A stretch of 64,000 nucleotides of DNA, taken from assembly GCA_963804995.1 (NCBI GenBank), contig CAWDSK010000006.1, positions 1,248,001 to 1,312,000 of the forward strand, given 5' to 3'. Positions 1 through 10,371 of this stretch are shown in pieces (positions within the stretch are counted from its first letter, which is position 1; the number at the start of each line of letters is the position of its first letter). The DNA is from an uncultured Acidobacteriota bacterium. GTDB taxonomy: Bacteria; Acidobacteriota; Terriglobia; UBA7540. The notes beneath the pieces were generated by a model, which searched no databases, had not been told where the DNA came from, and saw nothing but the letters and a program-made list of their open reading frames with translations. A program made the position numbers and the translations under genes.

Positions 1-190
1 CCAGACATTCCCGCGAGCCGATCAGGCCCATCACCCACTCTCGCTCAACTTCGCGCCAGGCAGGGTCTGCAAGCTGATCCAGGATCTGGTCGGTCACGTT
101 GAGCTGCGAGATCGTCCCATCGAAATCGCAGAATACGATGGGGGCAAAATCACGCTTCGCAACTTTACTGGCAAGGGATGAGTTCTTCAT
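1..190 (-). CDS. HAD-superfamily phosphatase, MtnX-like (5' part only; runs off window)
   Basis: Manual translation from ATG at 190: MKNSS...IVFCDFDGTISQLNVTDQIL..., containing HAD motif I DxDxT. Absent from the ORF track. Confidence 0.8.
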   Translation of the reverse strand, partial: MKNSSLASKVAKRDFAPIVFCDFDGTISQLNVTDQILDQLADPAWREVEREWVMGLIGSRECL

Positions 191-291
191 CGTCGGGTTA
201 TAAATCCTTTCAAATATAATTCTGAATTATGAAGGACCAAACTTTGGCCTTGTGGACTTCTTATAGTTTGCCCTTTTTCCAAATTTAGCAT

Positions 292-1605
292 TCACGCCGC
301 GCGCTCGTCCACCAAACGCCGCGGCTTCCTGCCTTGCTCGATGCTCCCCGGAGGAAGAAACCGGAAAGCCAAGCGGTACATGCCACAAACATGATTAGCC
401 CAGACATCAGGATAAAGGCCCTTCAAGCTCTCCTGGATGGCCGCTTCCACCGCAATAGCGCTAGTCCCATTGTTGAGCTCCAAGCGAAACTCCAGGATAT
501 CGTGCAGGCCTTCCTGGCGGACGACCACCTGCCAGTTCTCGCGGAGGCCTGCCACATCGTGCAGGACACGTTCGAATATCTCCGGATACATATTCCCCGC
601 GCCCATCACGACCATCTCGTCGCGGCGGCCCTTGATGCGCTCAATACGCCGTAAGGGAGCTCCGCAGGGACAAGGCGCGTCTATGAATCGTGTTACATCC
701 TGAACCCGATAGCGAATGAATGGCATCGTCCGGCGGGCCAGGGTAGTGGCTACCAGCTCGCCGTAACCCTCTTTGTCCGGGTTGAGGATCTCAAAGTAAA
801 TATTGAATTCATCCACGTGGTAGCCGTCCTGGCGCAGGCATTCCATGCCCGCCCCCCCCTGCTCGGTGGAGCCATAAGCGAGAACCACGGGGCACTTCCA
901 GACGCTCTCCACGTAGTGCCGGTACACGTCGGTCATGCGGTCACCCGCCGCCAGAATCAGCCGGAGGGGAAACGTGCCCTCTTTCTCGGCGATTTCGCTG
1001 AGGCTGACCAGCCACGTAGGGTCCGCAGCTATCACGTTGTATTTATATTGACCGAGGCGCGAGTAGACCTCGCGTGGATGGGGCTTGCCCACCGCCGAGC
1101 AGAAAACGCCCAGGTACTTGCAGGCCAGGAAGGTAACCCAACTGCTGATCCAGTAACCTGCGTCAAACGTGCATACCACGCGGGAGCCGGGGCGCACCCC
1201 GTTTTCATGCAACGCCGCGGCTTCATATCGAGCGGCGAAGTCCAACTCCTGCCAGGAGTAATAAACCTGCTTGGGGCCCCCGGAGGTTCCGGTGGTTTCG
1301 AAGACCAGTTCGGGCTCCTGGCACAAAAATTCCTCGGCGGGCAGCGCGCGCAAATCTTCGGGCGTGGTGAAGATGTCTCCCAAATCCTCAGGGCGACGGA
1401 CACGCTGGGGGTCAATCCCGTGCTCTCGTAATTTTTGCGCGAAGAATTTCTGGTGCTGTGCGGTGTAACGAACGACCTCGCGAAAGGAATCCGCCTGGAT
1501 ACTCCGAATCACGGAGTGGGGAACACGCTTACCCCAACGCACCAGCGCCGGCACCGAATTGCCAACCAAAGCGCGCTCCACGAGTTTGCGAACTTGACTG
1601 AGCAT
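292..1605 (-). CDS. Phenylacetate-CoA ligase (PaaK)-like adenylate-forming enzyme
   Basis: ANL-family motifs TTGTSGGPK, YGSTE, PFIRYR..D, GRRDEM. Confidence 0.8.
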   Translation of the reverse strand: MLSQVRKLVERALVGNSVPALVRWGKRVPHSVIRSIQADSFREVVRYTAQHQKFFAQKLREHGIDPQRVRRPEDLGDIFTTPEDLRALPAEEFLCQEPELVFETTGTSGGPKQVYYSWQELDFAARYEAAALHENGVRPGSRVVCTFDAGYWISSWVTFLACKYLGVFCSAVGKPHPREVYSRLGQYKYNVIAADPTWLVSLSEIAEKEGTFPLRLILAAGDRMTDVYRHYVESVWKCPVVLAYGSTEQGGAGMECLRQDGYHVDEFNIYFEILNPDKEGYGELVATTLARRTMPFIRYRVQDVTRFIDAPCPCGAPLRRIERIKGRRDEMVVMGAGNMYPEIFERVLHDVAGLRENWQVVVRQEGLHDILEFRLELNNGTSAIAVEAAIQESLKGLYPDVWANHVCGMYRLAFRFLPPGSIEQGRKPRRLVDERAA

Positions 1606-1804
1606 AGGAATTGTCAGTTGTCCGTGGTCCGTCGTCAGTTGTCAAATACCATCATGTCCGTGCTCCCGGAGGACAGCAAAGTCGCTGCAAGAATTGGATC
1701 CATTCAGTGGGAACAGACCACGGACTACGGACAACGGACTACGGACGTCTATTTACATCAAATACGCCGACTCACCCGATCGCGGCGGTGGCGTGGCCAG
1801 CAGA

Positions 1805-2944
1805 TCAATATAGGTAGCCTTCTTCGAGCAGCGCCACCGCCACCTGCGCAATGGCATGAGCGGCGTCCGGACGCGACCACTCGCGCGCGCGGCGCCGCAT
1901 TCCTTGCAGTTCCGGTGCAGACAAGAGCAGTTGGGACACCAGGCGCGGAAGATCCGCCAGCCTGTCAGCGTGCAGCGCCACGCCCTTCTGCTCCAGGAAG
2001 CGAACGTGCCGCTCCTCCGGCCCGGGAATGGGGTGCGTAAGGATCATCGGCAATCCTGCTGCCAGCGCTTCTGCCGCCGTAAGCCCGCCGGGCTTGGTGA
2101 TCAACAGATCGGCAACCGCCATCAGTTCCGGAATGGTTTCGGTCCAGCCAAAAAGATGCAGGTCCATAGCCAGTCGCCCGCGCAGAGCTTCCAGCCGCTT
2201 GCGAACCTTGTGGTCGTGGCCGGCCACTGCCAGCACTTGCATGGGGACACCGCAGAGCTCAAGGCTCGCAATGACTTTGTCGAGCGGCACAGGGCCCATT
2301 CCCCCACCCATCACCAGAACCACGGGCCGGTGCGCATCCAAGCCCAGCGCCCGCTTCAGGTCCGACTTGTCAAAGGGCAAGGCAAAAGCCGGATCCACCG
2401 GAATGCCACTGAGCAGCACCCGGTTGGGCAACACTCCCCAACCAATCAGTTGGCCGCGTGCCTCCTCGCTCGCCACGCAGTACATATCGATGCCGGATTG
2501 CACCCAGGGCGGCTCCGTCTGAAAATCGGTTTGCACCGCCAGGATGGGCGAGTTGAACCAGCCTTCGCGCCGGCCTAGGGCCGCGATTTCCGCCGCCCCG
2601 ATTTCCGTGACAATCACCAGGTGCGGCGCAAAGTTCTTGATCTGGCGCAGCACCTCGCGGCAGCCGCGACGAAACATCCAGTGGGGCGCCGTGGATTGAT
2701 GGAACCTGCGTTGCCGGCGCTCAAACACTGCCCGCCAAAGCCAGGGCGCGTGCCGCAACATCCACCAATACGGGTCCACGTAAAGCCAGTGGAACCAGGC
2801 CTTGGCCGAATCGAGAGCGTCCACCACTTTTACCTCGATGGGGTCCCGGCTGTCTGAGAGAGCGCGCTGCACAACTTCAGAAGCGCGCAGGTGGCCCGAG
2901 CCGACACCGAGGGTCAGAATGCAGACGCGCTTGTGAATCATCAA
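1805..2944 (-). CDS. MGDG synthase/UgtP-like glycosyltransferase (GT28)
   Basis: GxGH..AS N-terminus, GIPV, MGGGMG, ADLLITKPGGLT.AEA, PIPG.EE. Confidence 0.85.
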   Translation of the reverse strand: MMIHKRVCILTLGVGSGHLRASEVVQRALSDSRDPIEVKVVDALDSAKAWFHWLYVDPYWWMLRHAPWLWRAVFERRQRRFHQSTAPHWMFRRGCREVLRQIKNFAPHLVIVTEIGAAEIAALGRREGWFNSPILAVQTDFQTEPPWVQSGIDMYCVASEEARGQLIGWGVLPNRVLLSGIPVDPAFALPFDKSDLKRALGLDAHRPVVLVMGGGMGPVPLDKVIASLELCGVPMQVLAVAGHDHKVRKRLEALRGRLAMDLHLFGWTETIPELMAVADLLITKPGGLTAAEALAAGLPMILTHPIPGPEERHVRFLEQKGVALHADRLADLPRLVSQLLLSAPELQGMRRRAREWSRPDAAHAIAQVAVALLEEGYLY

Positions 2945-3067
2945 AAAACTCCGAGAAGAACTGAGAAGCGAAAAGCTAGAAGTTAGGAGCTAGAAGTTAG
3001 GAGTTAGAAGCGAGGGGTTAGGAGGATGCCCCCCCTTCTTCTAGCTCCTAGCTTCTAACTTCTGCCT

Positions 3068-4298
3068 TTATTCAAACCGCCGGACCAGCAAAACCGCATT
3101 CAGCCCGCCAAAGGCGAAGGAATTGGAGACCGCCACCCGCACCGATTTTTCCCGCGCCTGGTTGGGCACATAGTCCAGGTCGCACTCCGGGTCAGGCAGC
3201 GTGTAATTGGCGGTAGGAGGAATGATCCCCCGGTCAATGGCCTGAACCGTGGCCGCCATTTCGATTGCCCCCGTTGCCCCCATGGCGTGTCCGTGCATCG
3301 ACTTGGTGGAGCTGATGGCCAGGCGCCGAGCGTGATCCTTGAACACTTCCTTGATCACCTGCGTCTCCGTGACATCGTTTAAGCGCGTGCCCGTTCCGTG
3401 GGCGTTGATATAGTCCACTTCTTCAGGATTGATTTGCGCCTCAGCCAGCGCCATACGCACCGCCCGCGCCGGCCCGTCAATGGAGGGCTGCGTGATGTGG
3501 CCGGCGTCGGAACTCATCCCGAAACCGGAAATCTCGGCATAAATCCTGGCCCCACGCTTTTGGGCATGCTTCGAGTTCCTCGAGCATCAGTATGGCGGAG
3601 CCTTCCCCCATCACAAAGCCTTCGCGGTCCAGCGAAAACGGCCGGCAAGCGCGGCTGGGATTGCCATTACCTGTGGCCAGTACCCGCACCGATTCCCAGG
3701 ATCGGATCATCCCGAAGGTAATCGGCGATTCACTTCCCCCGGTGAGCATGAGGTCCGCCATGCCAAATTTAATCAAGTGAAACGCTTCCCCAATGGCGTG
3801 CCCGGAAGAGGAACAGGCCGTGGCGGTAGTAAGCGAAGGCCCTTGCGCGCCAAACTCCATGCACACTTGCGAGGTGGCGGCGTTGTGCATGATCTTGGGG
3901 ATGGTAAAGGGGTGCAAGCGTGTCGCATGGTTGACGAAAAGGTTGAAGTACCCCGATTCAAAAGTCTGGGCGCCGCCCATACCGGTGCCCATCACCACGC
4001 CGAAACGCGGCCGCTCCTCATCGCGAACCTGCACGCCGCTGGATTCCACGGCTTCCTTGGCCGCCAGCAGAGCAAATTGACTGAAGCGGTCGAGCAGATC
4101 AAGCCGCTTGGCAGGAAAAAAGTCGAGGGGATCGTAATCCGGAATTTCGGCGGCAATCTGCACGCTCAGCGGGGTAGGATCAAACTGCGCAATGCGCCGG
4201 ATGGCCGAGCGGCCCTCGACCAAGTTCTCGAAGAAACTGCCAGCATTCTTGCCGGGGGATGCAAAGACTCCAATCCCGGTGATGACTACTCTCCGCAC
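3068..4298 (-). CDS. fabF: Beta-ketoacyl-ACP synthase II (FabF/NodE-like), split by a +1 frameshift near 3571
   Basis: ORFs 3477..4298 and 3068..3517 join to [17 protein letters not shown] if one base is removed. Catalytic TACSS, NAHGTGT, KSMHGH and NSFAFGG are intact. Confidence 0.9.
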
Positions 4299-4322
4299 GA
4301 TGGGCCCCTTGGATGTCGAGGA

Positions 4323-4616
4323 TTAGCTGGTGGTGGCGGGAGTCTCGCTCTTCGCCATGGCCACCAAATCAGATACGTCTTTGCCTTCCAGAACGCGAGT
4401 GAGGGCGTCTACAACCTGGCGGACTCCCCGCATGTTTTGGGCTACGCTGTCGGGGATATCAAGTTTGAACTCCTCCTCTAGGGCGAAGAGGATATTCACG
4501 CCGTCGAGCGAATCGATGCCGAGCTCAGCAAACGTGGAGTCCACGGTGATTTTACTCGAGTCCAGGTGTTGCTCTCGGGCGATAATCTCAATAACTTTTG
4601 ACGTAACGTCCATCAT
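4323..4616 (-). CDS. acpP: Acyl carrier protein
   Basis: LGIDSLD phosphopantetheine motif; acidic ~97 aa; directly upstream of the KAS. Confidence 0.9.
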   Translation of the reverse strand: MMDVTSKVIEIIAREQHLDSSKITVDSTFAELGIDSLDGVNILFALEEEFKLDIPDSVAQNMRGVRQVVDALTRVLEGKDVSDLVAMAKSETPATTS

Positions 4617-4664
4617 TACTCCTCATCCTGCAGATTTAGATGCGAGCTTTGGCCGGAACCTTCC

Positions 4665-5048
4665 TCACGAAGAAATGCCAATGGGATCTTGCGCGCTTAG
4701 CTCCTGAACTGTCTTAATCAATTCCGAGAGCTGAAAAGGTTTGTCGAGCAAGGCATGCGCGCCCAGGGCTTGCGCTGCTTTTCTTTCTGGTCCACTGATA
4801 AACGAAGACATGAGGATGATGTCGTGCTTGGAATTCTGCTGGCGTAACTTGCGAAGAAGTTCCAGGCCGGACTCGTTGGGCATCTGGAGGTCAGCGATGA
4901 CAATGCGGTACTCGCCGTCTTGGCTCAGCACTTCGCGGGCGGCGCGACCGTCAGCCACCGTACACACGGAGTAGCCATTGGCTTCCAAAACCTCACAGAG
5001 CAGGTCTCGGCTTTCCTGATCGTCATCGACTACCAGTATCTTGTTCAT
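4665..5048 (-). CDS. Stand-alone response regulator receiver protein
   Basis: MNKILVVDDD, ADLQMP..SGLELL, KPF; start placed at ATG 5048. Confidence 0.88.
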   Translation of the reverse strand: MNKILVVDDDQESRDLLCEVLEANGYSVCTVADGRAAREVLSQDGEYRIVIADLQMPNESGLELLRKLRQQNSKHDIILMSSFISGPERKAAQALGAHALLDKPFQLSELIKTVQELSAQDPIGISS

Positions 5049-5085
5049 CGCGAAAGGTATACCCCGCACGTTCCACGTTGCATGT

Positions 5086-5103
5086 ATGCACGGGCAGTGC
5101 CAA
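5086..5103 (-). promoter_or_regulatory. Sigma-54 (-24/-12) promoter
   Basis: Minus strand TTGGCACTGCCCGTGCAT gives GG-N10-GC, about 40 bp upstream of ATG 5048. Confidence 0.7.
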
Positions 5104-5198
5104 GCCTCGCGTAAGCTTGTAACCATTTGGTTTCATTATGACTTTTTAATTTCATAGGGTCAAAGTGTCTTAGGATTACAACTTGAGCCTCTTTCTAA

Positions 5199-5215
5199 TG
5201 TGGCAATTTGCCTCA
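5199..5215. promoter_or_regulatory. Putative enhancer-binding-protein site (UAS), copy 1
   Basis: TGTGGCAATTTGCCTCA, a near-palindrome about 100 bp upstream of the sigma-54 promoter. Confidence 0.55.
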
Positions 5216-5342
5216 CAATCCGACATTCGACCCCACAAACCTGCTTTTGCTCCCATGGAAGGGACGTTTGTAGATGTAGAGTCAATTTGCCGGGGATTCC
5301 CAGTAACCCTAGAATCTCCCCTTAAATTTGTTCTAGGGTGAC

Positions 5343-5470
5343 CCCCTTACCCGTCCCGCCCCGGCTGGTGAAAGCGCCGGTTGCGGTCCACCCTCTCCCC
5401 CAAGGGGGCGAGGGAGTAAGTTCAACTCTCCCCTCGCCCCCTTGGGGAGAGGGGCCGGGGGTGAGGGGGT
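5343..5470. repeat. CCCTCACCC/CCCTCTCCC-type REP/MITE-like repeat
   Basis: Related copies at about 24812-24885, 33112-33145 and 58197-58268. Confidence 0.65.
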
Positions 5471-5619
5471 CGCCTTTGAACCCAGTGAGACTTTGTCAGC
5501 GAACTTATGACTGAGGACATTAGCTCTTATTCGCGAATTTGCACCTTGGCGTCGTAGTGCGAGGTCTTCTTCCGCTTTTTGTACCTTCGGGAACCCCGCA
5601 CTTTCAATTATCATAGGGG

Positions 5620-5636
5620 TGTCGCAATTTGCCACA
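5620..5636. promoter_or_regulatory. Putative UAS, copy 2
   Basis: TGTCGCAATTTGCCACA (TGT-N11-ACA palindrome). Confidence 0.5.
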
Positions 5637-5646
5637 CTTGTCGGGA

Positions 5647-6411
5647 TCAGGCAATAGGGAGGAACTCTTCGAGAGGAGCAAAGGAGTACCCCTGCTGGCG
5701 GGCGCCTTCAATGATGGCTGGCAGGGCTTGGACGGTGGGGGATCGGTCAACCTCCGCCACAGGCCGTGTCTCTCAACCATCGTGCAGGAGGATTACAGCC
5801 CCAGGTTTTAACCCCTTGAGGGTGGCTTCCACGATGCCCGTCGCGTCCTTTTTCCAGTCGTAGCCCGCCGCGGACCAAAGAATAAGGTGCATGCCACGTT
5901 CGAGGAGCGTAGGCACCAAACCGAACCAGCGCACCCCGTAAGGAGGCCGGAAGACTTTGGGGCGATAACCTGCCACGCTTTCGAGGGTCTCCTGGGCGCG
6001 GTCAATCTCCTCGGCGAGTCTTTGCCTTCCCTTGAAGCAGATTAGCAAGTGGGAGTAAGTATGATTGCCGAGCGTGTGGCCCTCGGCGACAATCCGCCGA
6101 ACCAATTCCGGATTTCTTTCCGCATTCTTACCGCAAACGAAAAAGGTTGCAGGTACGCGGTGCTCGCGGAGGATTTCGAGGATGCGTTCCGTAAACGGCG
6201 GCGCCGGGCCGTCATCGAACGTCAGGCAGAGGCGCTTGCCTTCCATAGAACCGCGGGTGATCGCCGGCCCGAAGAAAGTGGAAGTGGGAACGTAGCAGGC
6301 CCAATAGAACCACGCGCCGAACGCCAAGCCGATCCCGGCAATGATCCCCACTGTCAGCATGAGCAAGTTCGGTTTCCCATCAATGTCCGAAGGCTCGGAA
6401 TCGAAACTCAA
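5647..6411 (-). CDS. Polysaccharide deacetylase (NodB/CE4), membrane-anchored, with an in-frame TGA at 5773-5775
   Basis: TFDDGP, HTYSH, RPPYG, LLHDG. The frame continues past TGA as ETRPVAEVDRSPTVQALPAIIEGARQQGYSF.. to a stop at 5647. Confidence 0.85.
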
Positions 6412-6496
6412 AATAGCGGTTCGGAGGTTTACCAGGCGATTTTCGAATTTCGATTTTCGAATTTCGGCCCCGGACTTCGGACCGCAGACCTTTGCG

Positions 6497-7522
6497 CTAA
6501 ATAATCCGCAGGAAGTTCAGCCCGGATTCCAGCGCCAACATCGGGCTGTTGGTATAGGCGCTCACCTCGTACGGGCAGCCGATCTTACACCCCTTGCAAA
6601 AGTCCCACAAAGTTGCTTCTTGCGAGATGATTTTCCGCGCCTCTTCCGACGCAAAGATTTCCGCCAGGGGCGCCTGCGACTTGTGCAGGGTGGCGAAGGC
6701 GCAAGGCAAGTGGATGGCGCCATCCGGCTTCATCGAAATGAGCTTGGAAGGATGCCGGCAGGGGAACTGGGGCCCGAATCCGCCCTGGCGATAGAAACTA
6801 TAGTAATGAGTATAGAAGCGGACGTTCTTCGGGTAGGCCATGCGGAGCTCGCGCAGGAACATTTCCACAGTATCGAGCTCCTTGCCATGCAGCTCCGAGT
6901 CAGGCAGCAGTTCGCCGCTGCGCATCACGTTATGGACCGCCTCCGGATGCAGCACCAAGTGGCGTTGCTTGCAGAATTCCGCCAGGTCCGTCAAATCGTA
7001 AAGGTTCTCCAGATTCACCGCGGCATTGATTTGCGTGGTATAGGGCCGGCGTTTCGCCAGCACAAAATCGAGATTCTCCCGAATCCGGGGCAGCCCGTCC
7101 ACCCCGCGGCGTTTGGCAAAACGCTGGACATTGAGGGAGTCGATCGAGACCTCCAACATATCCAGGCGCGCCACGCCGTCCGCGTATTTCTTGATCAGCA
7201 GGCCGTTCGTAGGCATCGAGGTCCACATGCCCTTGTCCGCGGCGCGGGCAATGTAGTCACAGGTATTGGGATTGAGCAACGGCTCGCCGCCGGAGAAGCT
7301 GAGCGCAAAGATCCCCATCTCGCAGAATTCATCGATGCGCGTGAAGATGCGGTCGCGAGTGGCGCGGGTCTGCAGATCGTTGAACTTGCCCTCTTCGCCG
7401 AAGATGCAATACTCGCAAAACATATTGCACATCAGGGTAGTTTCAAACATCACCATATAGGGCAGTTTGAAACCTGACCAGAGGTGCTTCGCCGCCGATT
7501 TGACAATATGTGAATACTTCAA
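6497..7522 (-). CDS. Radical SAM protein with SPASM/twitch-like C-terminal cysteines
   Basis: CNMFCEYC, SGGEPLL, TNG, C-terminal C..C / CKGCKIGC; AGGAG RBS before a TTG start. Confidence 0.9.
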   Translation of the reverse strand: MKYSHIVKSAAKHLWSGFKLPYMVMFETTLMCNMFCEYCIFGEEGKFNDLQTRATRDRIFTRIDEFCEMGIFALSFSGGEPLLNPNTCDYIARAADKGMWTSMPTNGLLIKKYADGVARLDMLEVSIDSLNVQRFAKRRGVDGLPRIRENLDFVLAKRRPYTTQINAAVNLENLYDLTDLAEFCKQRHLVLHPEAVHNVMRSGELLPDSELHGKELDTVEMFLRELRMAYPKNVRFYTHYYSFYRQGGFGPQFPCRHPSKLISMKPDGAIHLPCAFATLHKSQAPLAEIFASEEARKIISQEATLWDFCKGCKIGCPYEVSAYTNSPMLALESGLNFLRII

Positions 7523-7701
7523 ATGCTCCTCACTTCATACCGGAAGGGCCGAAACCTCCCCATTTGAGCATAGCACCTGATGAACATATTCCGTGAGATT
7601 ATGAACATCGCCGTGGCGCGTGACCTTCGATGCCGTGAGTTTTCGTTCGCCCTGATCGGAAGGGTCAAGAATAGTCGAACTTCCGGTTCCCTGCCCGATT
7701 A

Positions 7702-8285
7702 ATTTTGGATTTTCGATTTTGGATTTTAGATTACGGACCAGGTGCGGCCGCTCCCCCTCTTTTTTCATCCAGAATTGAAAATCCAAAACGGGTGGGCCAC
7801 TGGTGAGCCCCAAAGGGGCGACCTACCCAATCCCCCCCCAACCAGCCTTCGCCGCGGAGGCACAGCGCGGCAGAGCCGCAACCAAAGCTGTGCCATGGCC
7901 GACCCGCCCCGATGCATCGGGGTCCTGGCCATGCCCGAGCAAGAGAAGCTGTGAAAAAATCCCATCAAACCTTTCACCGCGGAGACGCTGAGGCGCAGAG
8001 GCTTGAAAACAAAGGGTCATTTCTCTGCGTCTCAGCGTCTCAGCGGTGAAAATGGTATTCTTTCACACCTTCAGATGCCCGTGGCACAAAATCTTCGCGC
8101 GCCGCGAAGATTCGGGGGTTAGTAATACAGAGGAAACCCGGCGGATGCTCCGCGCCACAGGCTGCCAGGGCGGACGGACGGGCTCCCCTCCTGATTCAGA
8201 GCTTGTCCCTTCACTTCGTTCAGGGCAAGCTCTGAACGCAGTGAAGGAAGGGGGACGGCGCGCTTAGCGCCGGGGGTGGTTACGG
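7702..8285. repeat. Nested intergenic repeat cluster (heptamer hairpin, REP-like hairpins, MITE-like element)
   Basis: TTTTGGA-type heptamers; GAAGCTGTGAAAAAAT...ATTCTTTCACACCTTC inverted ends at about 7944-8072; 7860-7935 is homologous to 58007-58080. Confidence 0.7.
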
Positions 8286-8345
8286 GCCGGGGCCTTGCCA
8301 ACGGAGCAATCTTACGGTCACAAGGACGAAGCGGCCGATGGGGAG

Positions 8346-8777
8346 TCAGGGTTTCACCCCCACATCGTCGGCCCAATTGACCGTCTGCCTCACGTCGATA
8401 TGCTTCGAGCACTCTCGCAGGGTGTAGTCGTTCGTCACCAGCACGGCTCCCACCGCGGCAGCATGGGCGGCAATCAGCAGGTCCATGTTCGCCAGCGGCT
8501 TGCCGATTCGTTCCAGCGTGGCGCGGGCCTTCGCGTAGGCCCGCGCCGCGGCGGAGTCCCAGGGCAGGATGTCAATCTTGGATAGGAACAGCTCAACGGC
8601 AGCCTCCGTTGCCGCCGAGAGCTTCCCGCGGGCGAGGCCGAAGCGGATCTCCGCCTCGGTCAGCACCGAGATGCAGACGTCGTGATCGACGCTCACCCGT
8701 GCGAGCTTGCGGCGGGCGTGCCGGGACTGGCCCTTGACGATGTAGCTCACGGTGTTCGTATCGAGCAGGTAAATCAT
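8346..8777 (-). CDS. vapC: VapC PIN-domain toxin
   Basis: [28 protein letters not shown]. Confidence 0.92.
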   Translation of the reverse strand: MIYLLDTNTVSYIVKGQSRHARRKLARVSVDHDVCISVLTEAEIRFGLARGKLSAATEAAVELFLSKIDILPWDSAAARAYAKARATLERIGKPLANMDLLIAAHAAAVGAVLVTNDYTLRECSKHIDVRQTVNWADDVGVKP

Positions 8778-9016
8778 ACCGTCTCTCGCTCCTGGGGCAG
8801 GCTCCGGTCGCGGTCGGCGAGAAAGTCCTCGGGCACGCCGGCACGGTCGAGCGCGGCGAACACTTCGCTCCAGTTCGCAGGCTTGCGGGACAGAATCACG
8901 TCTCCGGTGCGCGGGTTACGGTCGATGAAAACTTCCTTGGTGTCGAAGCGAAACGCGGCCGGCAGGCGCACCGCCTGGCTGCGGCCATTGGTAAAAACTT
9001 TGGCTTTTTGTCGCAC
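8774..9016 (-). CDS. vapB: VapB (AbrB/SpoVT-fold) antitoxin
   Basis: [22 protein letters not shown] start after GAGGAG; ATGA overlap with vapC. Confidence 0.9.
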   Translation of the reverse strand: MRQKAKVFTNGRSQAVRLPAAFRFDTKEVFIDRNPRTGDVILSRKPANWSEVFAALDRAGVPEDFLADRDRSLPQERETV

Positions 9017-9040
9017 GATCAATCCCTCCTCTCCGGTGAT

Positions 9041-9076
9041 ATATACCATGATATACAGCAAGGCTCTGAACGTCAA
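9041..9076 (-). promoter_or_regulatory. vapBC sigma-70 promoter with overlapping operator
   Basis: TTGACG-17bp-TATCAT on the minus strand; near-palindrome ATATACCATGATATAC overlaps the -10. Confidence 0.7.
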
Positions 9077-9173
9077 GTTCGTTGCGCGGACCGCCCCGAT
9101 CTGATCGGGGTCCGCGTCCATTCTCGCCATGATTTAACAAACGGTTGTAGTCAACGGGACCCCCATCAACCCC

Positions 9174-9373
9174 GAGCCCTGAAGGGGCGGGACAGTCCTC
9201 TTCAATCCCACACGTACCGCTCATCGTAGGCGATTCCGTGCGCGTCCAGCAGTATCCCGCCCTTTCAGGGCTGGGGGCAAAATTGGGGAATAATCTAAAC
9301 CCAGGCCGTTGGCCACCATTAAGATCGGCGGGCCTTCGGCCTGGGCTTCGTTATTTCGCCCCTTTCGGGCTCA
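9174..9373. repeat. REP cluster (GCCCTGAAGGGGCG / CGCCCTTTCAGGGC type)
   Basis: Three inverted or direct palindromic units at about 9174, 9258 and 9357. Confidence 0.65.
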
Positions 9374-9378
9374 AGCGA

Positions 9379-10097
9379 GTAGCCACGGTCACCGCTTTTG
9401 TGACCGTGGGTTCTTCCCTTGATGGCGAAGCCACAGCCTGCTTGAATAGTCGAACCCGGCACGGAAAGGGCGGGTCGGGCGGTGGGAAGTTGGGGGGTGG
9501 GCGAGAAAAGCCCACGGTCACGAGAGGTTGTCCACCATTAAGATTGGCGGACTTTCAGCCGCGGCGACACCGTGGCTACCCCCGACCACCTTGACCGGCT
9601 GGTGCCCAGCTCTGCGACTCATCCGAGTCGCTCACCATATCGCAGAGCGGACCTTGCTTTTCTCGTGGCACGGGCGTCCGACGCTGTGGAAAAATAGATA
9701 ATCTCGCGCAGAGCCGCTGAGACGCAGAGATTTTAAGTAAATAACTGATTTGCTTTCTCTGCGCCTCTGCGTCTCTGCGCGAGATGCTTTTGTTCGTTCA
9801 GGGATTTCTTCACAACTTCTCCCGCCCGTGATCGCACATGGGCAAGACCCCGATGAATCGGGGCAGGTCGTACATGTTACAAGTGGCGAGCGGGTAGCCA
9901 CGGTCACCGCTTTTGTGACCGTGGGTTCTTCCCTCGATGCCGAACGACCGTTGGATTGTCTTCGCGACTGCGGCCAGTAACGGGGTTGACACCGGGCGTG
10001 AGAAAAACCCACGGTCAAAACTACATTGACCGTGGCTACCCCCGACCACCTTGACCGGCTGGTGCACAGCTCTGCGACTCATCCGAGTCGCTCACCC
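9379..10097. repeat. Two copies of a ~200-260 bp hairpin element flanking a MITE-like insert
   Basis: GTAGCCACGGTCACCGCTTTTGTGACCGTGGGTTCTTCCCT at about 9379 and 9894; CCGTGGCTACCCCCGACCACCTTGACCGG... at about 9570 and 10030. Confidence 0.75.
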
Positions 10098-10371
10098 TAT
10101 CGTAGAGTTTCACTCTGCGCCTGGAGTTTGTACATTTCCTGCTCAGCACCACCCCCGCCGCTAGCGCGTCGCCCCTCCTCATCTGAGGAGGGGAGCCTTG
10201 CGGAACTCCCCTCCTGAATCAGGAGGGGAGGCGCGATAGCGCCGGGGTGGTTTCCGGCACGTAATTCACAGCGTAGGTAAATGTAGAAACTCCACTCGCA
10301 GAGTTTCACTCTGCGCCAGCCTGCCTGCCGTGTCCCGTACCCCGTGTCCCGAATCCCGTATCCCGGCTCTT

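Noticed and set aside
6497..7522. Assignment as hopanoid HpnH/HpnJ
   Set aside because: Only generic radical SAM motifs are recognisable, and no shc/hpn genes are in the window.
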